IMG/VR virus record: IMGVR_UViG_3300031787_009175
Span: 30,784 to 94,783 of that record
Direction: 5' to 3' (one strand)
Length of the DNA: 64,000 nucleotides
Source of the DNA: a virus
A model generated the notes under the pieces. That model made no database searches and was not told the DNA's origin. It saw nothing but the letters and a program-made list of their open reading frames with translations. Within the stretch, counting starts at the first letter, position 1; each line of letters starts with the position of its first letter. Below are positions 1 through 9,085 of this stretch, in pieces. The position numbers and the translations under genes were made by a program.

Positions 1-2743
1 TCGGTTCGAGTCCTCTTTTTTCCCAATACTTAACTTCGGGTTCAGAAATTGTCAAAACTTCCTCTAACGAATCTTGGTCTTCGGGTTCAAAAGGAATACC
101 ATTAACCAAATCACACTGCTCTTTTGTGAATAACCCACGATTTTCAGGGTCAGTAATCAAAAGACCTTCTCTAACTTCTTGTTTAAACACAACAAGTAAT
201 GGTTCGATTCGTTTGTTAAATACACTAATTGCTCTTGGGACATTATATTCTCCTTTTAAATCGGGGTTGTTTTCTAACTCCTGTTGGTCCAACATATAAC
301 AATTAAGTTTAACATATGAATCCAACACTTCCAATTGAGTTTTACTGTAACTCTCCATCAGATTATCCAAGTCCTCTTGTGTCCAACCCTTTTTTGGTTT
401 GTTTACCTTTTGAACATCTCCGTGAGAAGCCTTCACACCGTTGTTAACGTAATAGATAACATCACCAAGATTTACCTTGATTTTATTTTTGATTGCGAGT
501 TCCATATGTGCCATTCTTGACATAGCATTTCCCGCCTTTGTTTTTTCATTACATCTTTTTTCGTAGTCACTCAAAGATAGTTTTACCTTAGCCCTTTGAG
601 CGATTTTCATAAGTGGAATCTGTTGGTCAAATATCTGTTGTATGTATTCATAATACCACTCGACAAACTCTTGTCCTTTACCCTCCAATAACATTTTAAT
701 TCCCTTATCCAAAAAGTCCTCAATATATAGTGGAAGTTTCTTTGACTTAATGGTGTTTCCCGTAAGTTTGATTTTACCTTTATCGGTCATCAAGGCGTAG
801 TTTTTTCTTGCCAAATTAATACACGAAGGCCAAGTTCCGTCTGTATCTAACGCCATTTCACCTTTCATAAACATATCGTTAAATTCTGCAACATCGGCGT
901 CAGCACCTTTATATTCCTTACCTTTTTTAACTTTCCAATTGTTTCCTTTACCGATATAAATTCTATCGTCACACCCCTCAGGTTTTGAGAAGTTAACACC
1001 GTCCGTATCCATTACAAGTGGCATATAACCTCGTTTCATAAAAAACTTAATCATCATACGAAGATATTGTCTTCCTGTACAAGTGATTTGTTCACCCATA
1101 TACATATCTCCCCAATGAAACACCTGTGGCGCTGAAAGGGCACCGAACATCGAGTTGATAAAAATTTTAATCGGTAATTGTTTTCGGTCGTAAGATAATG
1201 ACTTTTTCTTATCAGTTTTTTCAAACTCCCCTGCCAAGTTCTTATACAAAATACGAGTATCTCTGAAATACTTTAACATCGCTTTCATTCCTTGTAATAC
1301 ATCACATTCAGGAAATACATCGTGAACAAGTTGTATTGATGGGTATAGTGATGAAAAGTCGAGTTTGAGAACATCTTTTGAATAACCAACTCTTAATAGT
1401 CGAGATAATCCACCAACGAAGTCCTGTTTTGATTGTTTTTCAGGAACCGCTAATTTGTATTTATAAGACCAAGCGAGCATCAACATCTTCCAAAGAGTTG
1501 CTGTCCCCATCGTTGATATCCTCTCGTATGTTGTTGGTACCATAGAAGCAAGTAAGAATGTTCCCTGATTGAACTCTTCGTCCACCAAAAGGGTTTCTTC
1601 CAAGTCGTCGTCAAGATATCTCTCAACAATTTCATCACCTTTTACTTTAATGTATGTACCAGGAAATCGGGTGTCCAAGTTTTCAAATGCGGGGTTATCG
1701 GCTCTTTTATATTTACCATTTTTAATGTTTAGCCAAAACTCTTCTTTTTTGGCATACATAGGACCAATCTTATCGTGGTCAATATATACTCGGTCCTCGG
1801 CTTCGGCATCGATATATTGAGTTATGTATTTAAGTCCTGCCGACTTGATGTTCGAGTTGATTGCTTGAGCCCTTCTTACGGAGTGTAATATATCAATAAT
1901 ATTATAACCCCACATTCCAATTTGGTTATACTTCTCAACTTCGTTTGCCAATTTTAGTAAGTTCTCTTTTTGGGAGATATTGTAATTGGGGTTTAGGGTT
2001 TTACAAGTTTTCTTTACATCGATGTTCAGTACTTTACATCTTTCAAATATCCAAAACCAGTCGAAGTTAAATGAGTTATATCCACCGATAATTGAAGGTT
2101 TTAGAGCGTCTATTAATTTGAAAAAGGTAATCAGACCTTCTCTTTCTTGCTCAGGAGTTGCACATTCGATTACTTGTTGGAATCCTTTATTTGTTTTGAT
2201 TCCAATCATAAAGATACGACCGTCTTTAGGTTCCAAAGAGGTCGTCTCCAAGTCGAATACAAACCTTGTGATATCGTTATATTCTTCAAACCCTTTGAAC
2301 AATCTTTTTTCTTTTGATATGAGAAATTGTTCTACTGGTGGTAAAATTAATATGAGGTCTTTTGTTTTTTCTCCCCAAGGGTCTAATCCACCATCTCTAA
2401 AAAAACTGATTAATGAGCGGTAACCCTTTAAGGATTTTACCATATATTTTAATCCTCGTTCTAACCTTTCATTACCTTTTGTTTCCAATTTTTCTATAAC
2501 GATGCCATATTTTGACATCGCTTCTTTTTGTAAGGCTTTTGAGGATTTGTAGAAGTTTTGGTCTTTTAGGTCACCAACCCATGCAAAAGGAGTAAAACTT
2601 TCTTTTTGAATTGTTTTACCTTTAATTGGGTCTTCTTTGATTTTGAATATTGAGTCAGATGCGTAGTCAAATTCTACTGCTACGATATATTGCTCGGGGT
2701 CATTTCCTTCTAAAAAGGATTTAATTTCTTCTTGTGATAACAT
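1..2743 (-). CDS. Family B DNA polymerase (gp43-like), 3' end outside the window
   Basis: Not in the ORF track because it is open at the edge. Manual translation from ATG at 2743 (MLSQEEIKSFLEG...) shows ExoI FDLETTSLE, ExoII GYNSFNFDW, motif A LDFSSLYPS, motif B KQLPIKIFINSMFG and motif C MDTDG. Confidence 0.95.
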   Translation of the reverse strand, partial: MLSQEEIKSFLEGNDPEQYIVAVEFDYASDSIFKIKEDPIKGKTIQKESFTPFAWVGDLKDQNFYKSSKALQKEAMSKYGIVIEKLETKGNERLERGLKYMVKSLKGYRSLISFFRDGGLDPWGEKTKDLILILPPVEQFLISKEKRLFKGFEEYNDITRFVFDLETTSLEPKDGRIFMIGIKTNKGFQQVIECATPEQEREGLITFFKLIDALKPSIIGGYNSFNFDWFWIFERCKVLNIDVKKTCKTLNPNYNISQKENLLKLANEVEKYNQIGMWGYNIIDILHSVRRAQAINSNIKSAGLKYITQYIDAEAEDRVYIDHDKIGPMYAKKEEFWLNIKNGKYKRADNPAFENLDTRFPGTYIKVKGDEIVERYLDDDLEETLLVDEEFNQGTFLLASMVPTTYERISTMGTATLWKMLMLAWSYKYKLAVPEKQSKQDFVGGLSRLLRVGYSKDVLKLDFSSLYPSIQLVHDVFPECDVLQGMKAMLKYFRDTRILYKNLAGEFEKTDKKKSLSYDRKQLPIKIFINSMFGALSAPQVFHWGDMYMGEQITCTGRQYLRMMIKFFMKRGYMPLVMDTDGVNFSKPEGCDDRIYIGKGNNWKVKKGKEYKGADADVAEFNDMFMKGEMALDTDGTWPSCINLARKNYALMTDKGKIKLTGNTIKSKKLPLYIEDFLDKGIKMLLEGKGQEFVEWYYEYIQQIFDQQIPLMKIAQRAKVKLSLSDYEKRCNEKTKAGNAMSRMAHMELAIKNKIKVNLGDVIYYVNNGVKASHGDVQKVNKPKKGWTQEDLDNLMESYSKTQLEVLDSYVKLNCYMLDQQELENNPDLKGEYNVPRAISVFNKRIEPLLVVFKQEVREGLLITDPENRGLFTKEQCDLVNGIPFEPEDQDSLEEVLTISEPEVKYWEKRGLEP

Positions 2744-2799
2744 ATTATAAAATTTGGTTCATTAGCTGCCGAACAGGTCGACATTCACCTTACAGTGTA

Positions 2800-2828
2800 A
2801 AAATAAACCAAATATTATCTTTTGTCAA
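2800..2828 (-). promoter_or_regulatory. sigma70-like promoter of the DNA polymerase gene
   Basis: TTGACA-N17-TATTTT on the minus strand, about 57 nt upstream of the ATG. Confidence 0.6.
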
Positions 2829-3893
2829 TTAGGTTAGCCTAATTCTTAAAATTCCGTTATCGTGATAAATTCCACCTATTGGGACACCATAGTTTCCAGC
2901 ATCAGTGTCACCCGAGAAATTCAAATAAACTACTTGCTCCATTTGTGTTGTAGCCGTGGTCCCACTTATTTGAACTACTTTCAACGCATCTGCTCTTGCA
3001 CTTGTTGAGGTCCCACATCCAATTATAAACAATGAAGTTGTGTCACCTGTTGTATTAAACTTACCTGAAACGTGTTGGTATGAACCATCTGCCACAGTTC
3101 CGTAACCCTCTGCATGTGAATATGTTGCGTTTGTTTTGGTATCCCTACCTTCTGCGTGGGAATAAGATGCGTTTGCCTGAGTTTGTCTACCCTCTGAGTG
3201 TGAAGCAAATCCACTTGCCACAGTAGAATATCCTTCTGCGTGTGAATAACCACCCTGAGATGATGTGTTGAAACCTTCAGCATGTGAGTAATCTCCACTA
3301 CGAGTTGTTAATCTATATACTGATGTTCCTGAATATCCCGGTTCAAAAGTTATTGTTGTATTAGTTCCATCGAATGTTGAGTTACCTGAAACAGTCAATC
3401 TCACAGTTGGCTGACTTATAACCGATACTGTCCAAGTGATAAAACCATCGATATATGTACTAGTGTAATCACCAGCAATTACCACCTGATTTGATGATGA
3501 TACCGAAGAATTGATTACGTCTGTAACTCCAACTGACCTTGTGTTCTGGCCTTCTGTGTGAGAATAGTCGGCAAATGCCAAAGTTCCACTTCCTTGAGCA
3601 TGTGAGTATTGTCCTTCTGTAATATTTTGATAACCTTGTGAAACAGAATTAGTTCCATTTGACTGTCCACTCAAACCTTGAATTATCTTATCTTGTATAG
3701 TAATTCCACTTGATGTATATCCTGAAATTTGATTTGTAAACACGGGAGCACCTACTGATAGTAGAGCTGGCGCCATTTCACCAATTGTTGATTGAACGGT
3801 TGTGTCGGCGGTAATGTTCACCATAGGTATTGCGTGACTTGAAATCGGGGAACTGTCCGATGGTAGGTCTGTTATTCTTATAATATCACTCAT
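2829..3893 (-). CDS. Tail fibre/adhesin-like protein with YadA-head-like SHAEG repeats
   Basis: Multiple 14-aa repeats (YSHAEGxxTxAxG); N-terminus RITDLP typical of fibre proteins. Confidence 0.7.
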   Translation of the reverse strand: MSDIIRITDLPSDSSPISSHAIPMVNITADTTVQSTIGEMAPALLSVGAPVFTNQISGYTSSGITIQDKIIQGLSGQSNGTNSVSQGYQNITEGQYSHAQGSGTLAFADYSHTEGQNTRSVGVTDVINSSVSSSNQVVIAGDYTSTYIDGFITWTVSVISQPTVRLTVSGNSTFDGTNTTITFEPGYSGTSVYRLTTRSGDYSHAEGFNTSSQGGYSHAEGYSTVASGFASHSEGRQTQANASYSHAEGRDTKTNATYSHAEGYGTVADGSYQHVSGKFNTTGDTTSLFIIGCGTSTSARADALKVVQISGTTATTQMEQVVYLNFSGDTDAGNYGVPIGGIYHDNGILRIRLT

Positions 3894-3897
3894 TTTA

Positions 3898-4422
3898 TTA
3901 TGTATTTAACGTTATTATATATTTTGTGGTTGCCGAAAATCCCTGATTAGTGACTAACTTCATTTCATTTTGAGTTGATAAAAACTTTGCCAATTTATCA
4001 GGTCTCACATTATCACCGCAACAAGAATAATCTATATTATAATTATCAACAAAATTACTTTCATCTAAACCAAAACTTTCAATTACATTGATGTATAATT
4101 TATCGGTAAGTGGTAAAAAAATCACACCATCTGAATTCTTAATCATAAATTCACCAATGTATCTTCCTTCTTTTTTTGTGTTTTGTTTTGTAAATTGGAA
4201 CTCTAAATAATATTGTGTCAGACCATTTTCATCTATCTCACTTGTTACTTGAGCGTCCTTAGTTGATATTCTTGGAATGGAAGTTTCGGCATCAATCATA
4301 GAAAAAAATATTGTAGAACCAGACAATTCTGAGTATTGTTTGTGAAAGTCACTCCTCCCATCTTTCATCACTTTGACTTTTAGTTTTGGTAGAGTTGAAT
4401 TTTTTTTAATGAACCATTCCAT
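3898..4422 (-). CDS. Putative virion/baseplate adaptor (BppU-N-like), paralog of the next gene
   Basis: MEWFIKKNSTLP...GRYIGEF...LPLTDKLYINV, resembling BppU N-terminal domains. Confidence 0.5.
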   Translation of the reverse strand: MEWFIKKNSTLPKLKVKVMKDGRSDFHKQYSELSGSTIFFSMIDAETSIPRISTKDAQVTSEIDENGLTQYYLEFQFTKQNTKKEGRYIGEFMIKNSDGVIFLPLTDKLYINVIESFGLDESNFVDNYNIDYSCCGDNVRPDKLAKFLSTQNEMKLVTNQGFSATTKYIITLNT

Positions 4423-4442
4423 AATAAATCTTATTTTTGTTT

Positions 4443-4817
4443 TTATGTTTCATCACTTGTATAGCTATCCAAAACATTAATAAATAACTTTTCTCTTATA
4501 GGTATAACCAAAGTACCATCTTCAGTTTTCAAAACGAACTCACCTTGGTATCTACCAACTCTATTTAAGTGTTTTTTTAAGAACTTAAAATAAATATAAT
4601 ACTCTATTTTCGCATTTGGTTCTTCGAAGGTTTTTTCTACAAAACCAGCCGGACTCATATAAATTTTATATGAACCTGTATCCACATCAATCATTGAAAA
4701 ATACAAAGAAGATGTTTCGATTAAGTTCGAAAATGAATCTAATCCACCCCTGCCGTCGTCAACAACCTGCATTTTTAACACAGGCAGAGTTGCATTTTTT
4801 CTTATGTTAAATTCCAT
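4443..4817 (-). CDS. Putative virion/baseplate adaptor (BppU-N-like)
   Basis: MEFNIRKNATLP...GRYQGEF...IPIREKLFINV; start moved to 4817 by alignment with the paralog and the position of the TATTTAT motif. Confidence 0.5.
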   Translation of the reverse strand: MEFNIRKNATLPVLKMQVVDDGRGGLDSFSNLIETSSLYFSMIDVDTGSYKIYMSPAGFVEKTFEEPNAKIEYYIYFKFLKKHLNRVGRYQGEFVLKTEDGTLVIPIREKLFINVLDSYTSDET

Positions 4818-4822
4818 ACATA

Positions 4823-4859
4823 ATAAATACAATCAACTATTGTAATTGGATATATTTAT
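4823..4859. promoter_or_regulatory. Divergent pair of putative late promoters (TATTTAT)
   Basis: ATAAATA at 4823-4829 (minus-sense TATTTAT) and TATTTAT at 4853-4859, each 5-8 nt before a start codon. Confidence 0.6.
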
Positions 4860-4867
4860 ATTAAGAA

Positions 4868-5494
4868 ATGAGAAAACTAATAAAACAAATCTTGGAGGAA
4901 TATTCGAACGAATTTTTTGAAATAAAACCATATTGTTCTTTGGATGATTTACTTTTGGAGGAAATAAGGGCTAATCAAAAAGAGATTAGTGAATTAGGGT
5001 ATATACCAACACCTATATCTGATGATGAAGAGAATATGATTAAATCATATTTATTCACTGTAAACCAAGGTCAAGGCCCTTCGGTACAAAATTTTAACCC
5101 GAATCAAAGTGGTATAATAGGTATATCTAAAAATAAAAAAGGGGTAGAGACTAAAGTACTATTCAAAATACGGTTAACAAGACATTGGTATTTCAGATTA
5201 CATAGAACAGAGGACCCAAAGTTCAAATCAAATCCTAGAGTTATAGACCCAAAACCATTCGAATGTATCGATGCCATAGATAGAAATGCTGACCGATTAG
5301 CTAGATTTGTGTTACAAAGAGACCCAAGCCCAAGAATTGTTTGGGAGGCAAATACTACAGGTATGTTGAGTTTTCTTATGGTTTTCGAACCAAAAAATGC
5401 CCAAGGAACAGAATATGACATAGTCCTAACAAATCAAATAAAAGGGGTCAGTTTTTTTGACCGAATATCACAAAACAAAATACCCCTCCGTTAG
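4868..5494 (+). CDS. Hypothetical protein with an N-terminal LIKQILEE leader (possible head-packaged protein)
   Basis: 208-aa ORF behind a TATTTAT motif; leader resembles those of 54730, 55101 and 29125. Confidence 0.6.
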   Translation: MRKLIKQILEEYSNEFFEIKPYCSLDDLLLEEIRANQKEISELGYIPTPISDDEENMIKSYLFTVNQGQGPSVQNFNPNQSGIIGISKNKKGVETKVLFKIRLTRHWYFRLHRTEDPKFKSNPRVIDPKPFECIDAIDRNADRLARFVLQRDPSPRIVWEANTTGMLSFLMVFEPKNAQGTEYDIVLTNQIKGVSFFDRISQNKIPLR

Positions 5495-5507
5495 ACGGTT
5501 AGGGGTA
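5471..5507 (-). terminator. Intrinsic terminator
   Basis: TACCCCT-aa-CCGT-cta-ACGG-AGGGGTA followed by TTTTGTTTTG on the minus strand. Confidence 0.75.
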
Positions 5508-5680
5508 GAATGTTTCATACGGATTCTCATCTTCGCCGTACCTTCGCCCGATAAGGTATATCCGGGAGACCTACTTAACCACCCCCTCATCGGGGTACCT
5601 CGTGCCCTTTCTTTCGGTTAAGGTTTTTCTTGTTCGCTATTTCAGAACAAGGCAAATGTCTTTGTCTATTATTAGAACAC
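5471..5680 (-). ncRNA. Putative ~200-nt structured non-coding RNA of unknown family
   Basis: GC-rich intergenic segment with at least five helices, bounded by a promoter at 5683-5713 and a terminator at 5471-5507; no credible ORF. Confidence 0.7.
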
Positions 5681-5682
5681 CA

Positions 5683-5713
5683 CAAAGATATAAATAGTTT
5701 TTGATTCTACAAA
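5683..5713 (-). promoter_or_regulatory. Bacteroidota-type housekeeping promoter with overlapping TATTTAT
   Basis: TTTG (5713-5710), N19, TATCTTTG (5690-5683) matches the -33/-7 TTTG/TAnnTTTG consensus. Confidence 0.75.
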
Positions 5714-5729
5714 CTTTCACAGAAAAAAA

Positions 5730-7430
5730 TTAACACTCTTTTCTTAAAGACGCCTCATAGTGTTCAAAACGATTGTGTTCCGTCGGTGTTAAAAGTAACA
5801 AAGCTGGTTTTATTTCGTTTTTTACTGTTTCTTGGAATATGAACGACATCAATGTTTGTTCATAAGGTGATGCAAACTTGGTGTTAATAAAACACTTTCT
5901 ATTTCCTTCTTTGGACATAATCTGTGGCCAATTACAATAAAACACTTCACCTGTCGTATATGGTAATCCTTCGAAAGATTTTATACTTTCGTATCTTGTC
6001 TTAGGAGAATTTGGGTCTAATCCTTGTTGTGGTAGCCTTGGATTGTTTGGCCATTGTAGTTCTCTAAAATGTTGTGGTACATTATACCAAGCCCACTGAG
6101 TTCCATTATCTCCGAAAAATTCAGAATAATTCATTTTGATAAAATCAAAATTTTCTTTTTTGATTAATCCGATTAACTTGTCGTATAAATTCGGAACATA
6201 TCTTGCAAAACCATTTCTGCAGTGACCGTATTTGTCTTCGCTGAAAAACATATCGTCTTCGAAAAAGAAATAATATTTGTGATTACTTCCTTCGAAATGT
6301 TCCGCAATCCACTGTCTTCCACCCGTTATTCCTATATTGTCCTTTTTAACATGTTGGAATCCATATGCTTGGCATAATGCCACATATTGTTCTGTTGTTG
6401 ATAAATCAGTTGAGTTATTTAATAAATACTTTTTTGGTTTATCGATAAAGTTTTTATCATAACTTAACATTGAATGTATAAGTGTTTTGAATTGGTTTGG
6501 TGAATTGAAACCGATGACATATAACGCGACCTCTTCGTCTGTAAACTTAATAGGTTCAGGTTGTAAGTTCAAAATATTTTCCAAAAATAAATTTGGGTCT
6601 GATTGTTTCATATATACGTCGTTTTTAACATCTTCGAAAAATTTACCTAATAGTCCGTTGGATTCTATAAAGAAGGTATCAATCAATTCAGGATTCAGAT
6701 AAGTCATAATAGTGAAAATAGACTCCTCTGTTCCCATATAACCATTATCTAAAGTATCTTTCATAAGATGATAATAAATGGAATTTAACTCTGCTATCGA
6801 ATCTTTTTTTCCTCCGAAAAAACCCGCTCTCGCAACTCTATCAACTCTATTTTTTGAGTATTCGTTCATAGCATTTATTTCAAAACCGTGAATTTCAGAA
6901 TTGGTTTCATAAGGAAAACAAATGAACATAAATTTATTTGTTAGTTTTTGAATTTTTTCCAAAATATTGTCGTGTGTAAAATAACCTGGATGAACCGTAT
7001 TTGATAAACCGGCATCAATCCAAAACATATATTCAGAATCAAACTTGTCCAAAATTTTTGCATCGTGTAATAAGAACATCTTGGACATAACAAGTGGATT
7101 GTACATCTCCAATTTTGCCTGTGTTGACTCAGATAACCAACCGATTTGGTTGTACCACTTTGGATTTGTTCTTATTTTTTGAATTTTATGATAAAAATCA
7201 TTATTGACGAACCAAGTTAAGTCTCTTGTGACAAATTGTGTGTTAGTATCGCTTCTTCTTTCGGATACAAATTTTTTCAATTCCTCATCGCCAAAAATTA
7301 TTAAGTTACAATCTATTTTTAATAAATCTTCTAATTTATTTAAATAGTGTTGGAAATTTCGTGACCATCCGTCTTGTAGTTGCTCACGACCTATTTCCCA
7401 TAAACCTGTTACTAATGTTGTTTTATTCAT
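5730..7430 (-). CDS. Two-domain glycosyltransferase (HtrL/YibB-like plus GT-A-like domain)
   Basis: TTLVTGLWEIGR, YNPLVMSKMFLL, FWIDAGL (HtrL-like); second domain with FFEDD. Confidence 0.7.
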   Translation of the reverse strand: MNKTTLVTGLWEIGREQLQDGWSRNFQHYLNKLEDLLKIDCNLIIFGDEELKKFVSERRSDTNTQFVTRDLTWFVNNDFYHKIQKIRTNPKWYNQIGWLSESTQAKLEMYNPLVMSKMFLLHDAKILDKFDSEYMFWIDAGLSNTVHPGYFTHDNILEKIQKLTNKFMFICFPYETNSEIHGFEINAMNEYSKNRVDRVARAGFFGGKKDSIAELNSIYYHLMKDTLDNGYMGTEESIFTIMTYLNPELIDTFFIESNGLLGKFFEDVKNDVYMKQSDPNLFLENILNLQPEPIKFTDEEVALYVIGFNSPNQFKTLIHSMLSYDKNFIDKPKKYLLNNSTDLSTTEQYVALCQAYGFQHVKKDNIGITGGRQWIAEHFEGSNHKYYFFFEDDMFFSEDKYGHCRNGFARYVPNLYDKLIGLIKKENFDFIKMNYSEFFGDNGTQWAWYNVPQHFRELQWPNNPRLPQQGLDPNSPKTRYESIKSFEGLPYTTGEVFYCNWPQIMSKEGNRKCFINTKFASPYEQTLMSFIFQETVKNEIKPALLLLTPTEHNRFEHYEASLRKEC

Positions 7431-7431
7431 A

Positions 7432-8112
7432 TTATTCTTTTATTTTGCAAACCCATCCAACGTTTATGAATTCATCAAACATATATTCAGAAAGATTATT
7501 TGTTTCTGAACATTCACTAATATCAGAATTTTGGATTTCCATCCAATTCCAAAATCTATTTTTCATTTTTTCTTCAAAAAAAATATTATTGGGAGCGTAA
7601 TCGTGAGCCATAATAACGTCCCCTTTCTTAAGCAATTTAGAAATTAATCTGAATTCATTTTTTTTACTCCCTCCATCACATAACACTAAAGTTACGCCTT
7701 CACCTTCTATAAAATCGGACAGTTCTTTTTCGCATGAGTTGTCTTTGAAAGATTGATAATCTTGCGAAAATAAATTTTTACCGACATATCTAATGTCTTC
7801 ATTTTTTAACCTGTCGATTACATAGTCCGGACTACTGACATCATAAGTTCTAATTTCCGTGATTGGGAGTGAATTAAAATTCATTAAGTCCTTAATTATT
7901 AATGTAAGCCCACCGTGAAAAGTTCCTATTTCTAACACTCTTTTGGGTTTTATTTCTTTAATTAATTTGTCAAATCTATAAAGAATGTTAGGATTTTGTT
8001 CAATAGCCAACCCTTTGTAACTAGCATGAGTTATTATTCCATTTCTGAAATTAGTATTAAAATAATCGTTTTCGAAACAATTATAACCTGAGCAGATAAA
8101 ATGTTCTTTCAT
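7432..8112 (-). CDS. Class I SAM-dependent methyltransferase (CmcI-like)
   Basis: VLEIGTFHGG motif I; CDGG and AHDY. Confidence 0.75.
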   Translation of the reverse strand: MKEHFICSGYNCFENDYFNTNFRNGIITHASYKGLAIEQNPNILYRFDKLIKEIKPKRVLEIGTFHGGLTLIIKDLMNFNSLPITEIRTYDVSSPDYVIDRLKNEDIRYVGKNLFSQDYQSFKDNSCEKELSDFIEGEGVTLVLCDGGSKKNEFRLISKLLKKGDVIMAHDYAPNNIFFEEKMKNRFWNWMEIQNSDISECSETNNLSEYMFDEFINVGWVCKIKE

Positions 8113-8128
8113 TGTTTATGTTTTTATG

Positions 8129-9085
8129 TTAGTATAATATATCTAAATTATTTAATAATGAAAATATTATTTTGTATTGGTTTTCAGGTAAACAATTTTC
8201 TACAAACCATTTCTTTGATTCCGAGATAATATTCTTACACTCTTGTGTATTATAAAAATCTATGAGTTCACAAACTTTACTGTTTATAATTTTTTCCAAA
8301 TTCTCACCGTTATTATAAATAATTTTATTTGTCAAATCATCATCCAAAAATTCTATATAATGAATGTTTTTTTCTAATCTATTATGGGTCAATGAATTTA
8401 GAGGTTGTCTTAAATTCAAAACCCCTAACCCAAATAATTCTAAATCCCTATAACAAATATTAGCGGCACCATTTAAACTTAAACCAAATTTGTAATTTGA
8501 TAATTCTTCATAGTATTGTTTTTTTTGTCTAAAATCCGAAGGGTTCGTTTTAGATTTTATATCAAAAAATTCATTTTTGGCCAAAAAATTCATAATATTC
8601 TGCCTTAACCCGTGATTTAATCCATTAAAATAAGATTTGGTCAATTTTCTCTCTTGAGGTTTTATATTTTGTATATATTCAACATCACTCCAATTTTCTA
8701 AATAATATACTGAAGGTTCTACTGAAATAATATCTTTGTATTTTTCTATAATACCTTGTGTTAAATTAGAAACACAAGACAACATCACGATGTTGAAATT
8801 ATTTTGTATTGAGTAATTTATTATTTCAGGGGCATAATCATACCAACTATGAACAAACATTTTTTCATTTGATGGGTTGTATATTACCAAATTAAACCAA
8901 TTGAAAATACTGGTGTAGTGATTGGATATCTCTTTACCGAATTTTGTTGCTAAATCCCTCAAAGAGATATACTCTAATTCGAATTCAGTATCGAACTCTA
9001 TTTTTTTATGAAAAAATTTATAGAACTCGCTTACATACCAATTATGGTATCCTTGCTCATAGGAAATTATAAGTTTTTTTTTCAT
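8129..9085 (-). CDS. Putative GT-B glycosyltransferase
   Basis: YYEELSNYKFGLSLNG...CYRDLE pattern resembling the C-terminal domain of GT-B/exostosin-like enzymes; operon context. Confidence 0.5.
   Translation of the reverse strand: MKKKLIISYEQGYHNWYVSEFYKFFHKKIEFDTEFELEYISLRDLATKFGKEISNHYTSIFNWFNLVIYNPSNEKMFVHSWYDYAPEIINYSIQNNFNIVMLSCVSNLTQGIIEKYKDIISVEPSVYYLENWSDVEYIQNIKPQERKLTKSYFNGLNHGLRQNIMNFLAKNEFFDIKSKTNPSDFRQKKQYYEELSNYKFGLSLNGAANICYRDLELFGLGVLNLRQPLNSLTHNRLEKNIHYIEFLDDDLTNKIIYNNGENLEKIINSKVCELIDFYNTQECKNIISESKKWFVENCLPENQYKIIFSLLNNLDILY

Noticed and set aside
1-20. GGTTCGAGTCC resembling a tRNA T-arm
   Set aside because: Lies within the polymerase reading frame (encodes RGLEP on the minus strand) and is not followed by an acceptor stem or CCA
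335-2423. Plus-strand ORFs 335-520, 1569-1820 and 1986-2423
   Set aside because: Antisense shadows of the DNA polymerase gene
5520-5650. Hammerhead ribozyme within the ncRNA (GAUGA and GAAA words)
   Set aside because: No intact CUGANGA core correctly placed relative to GAAA and three stems
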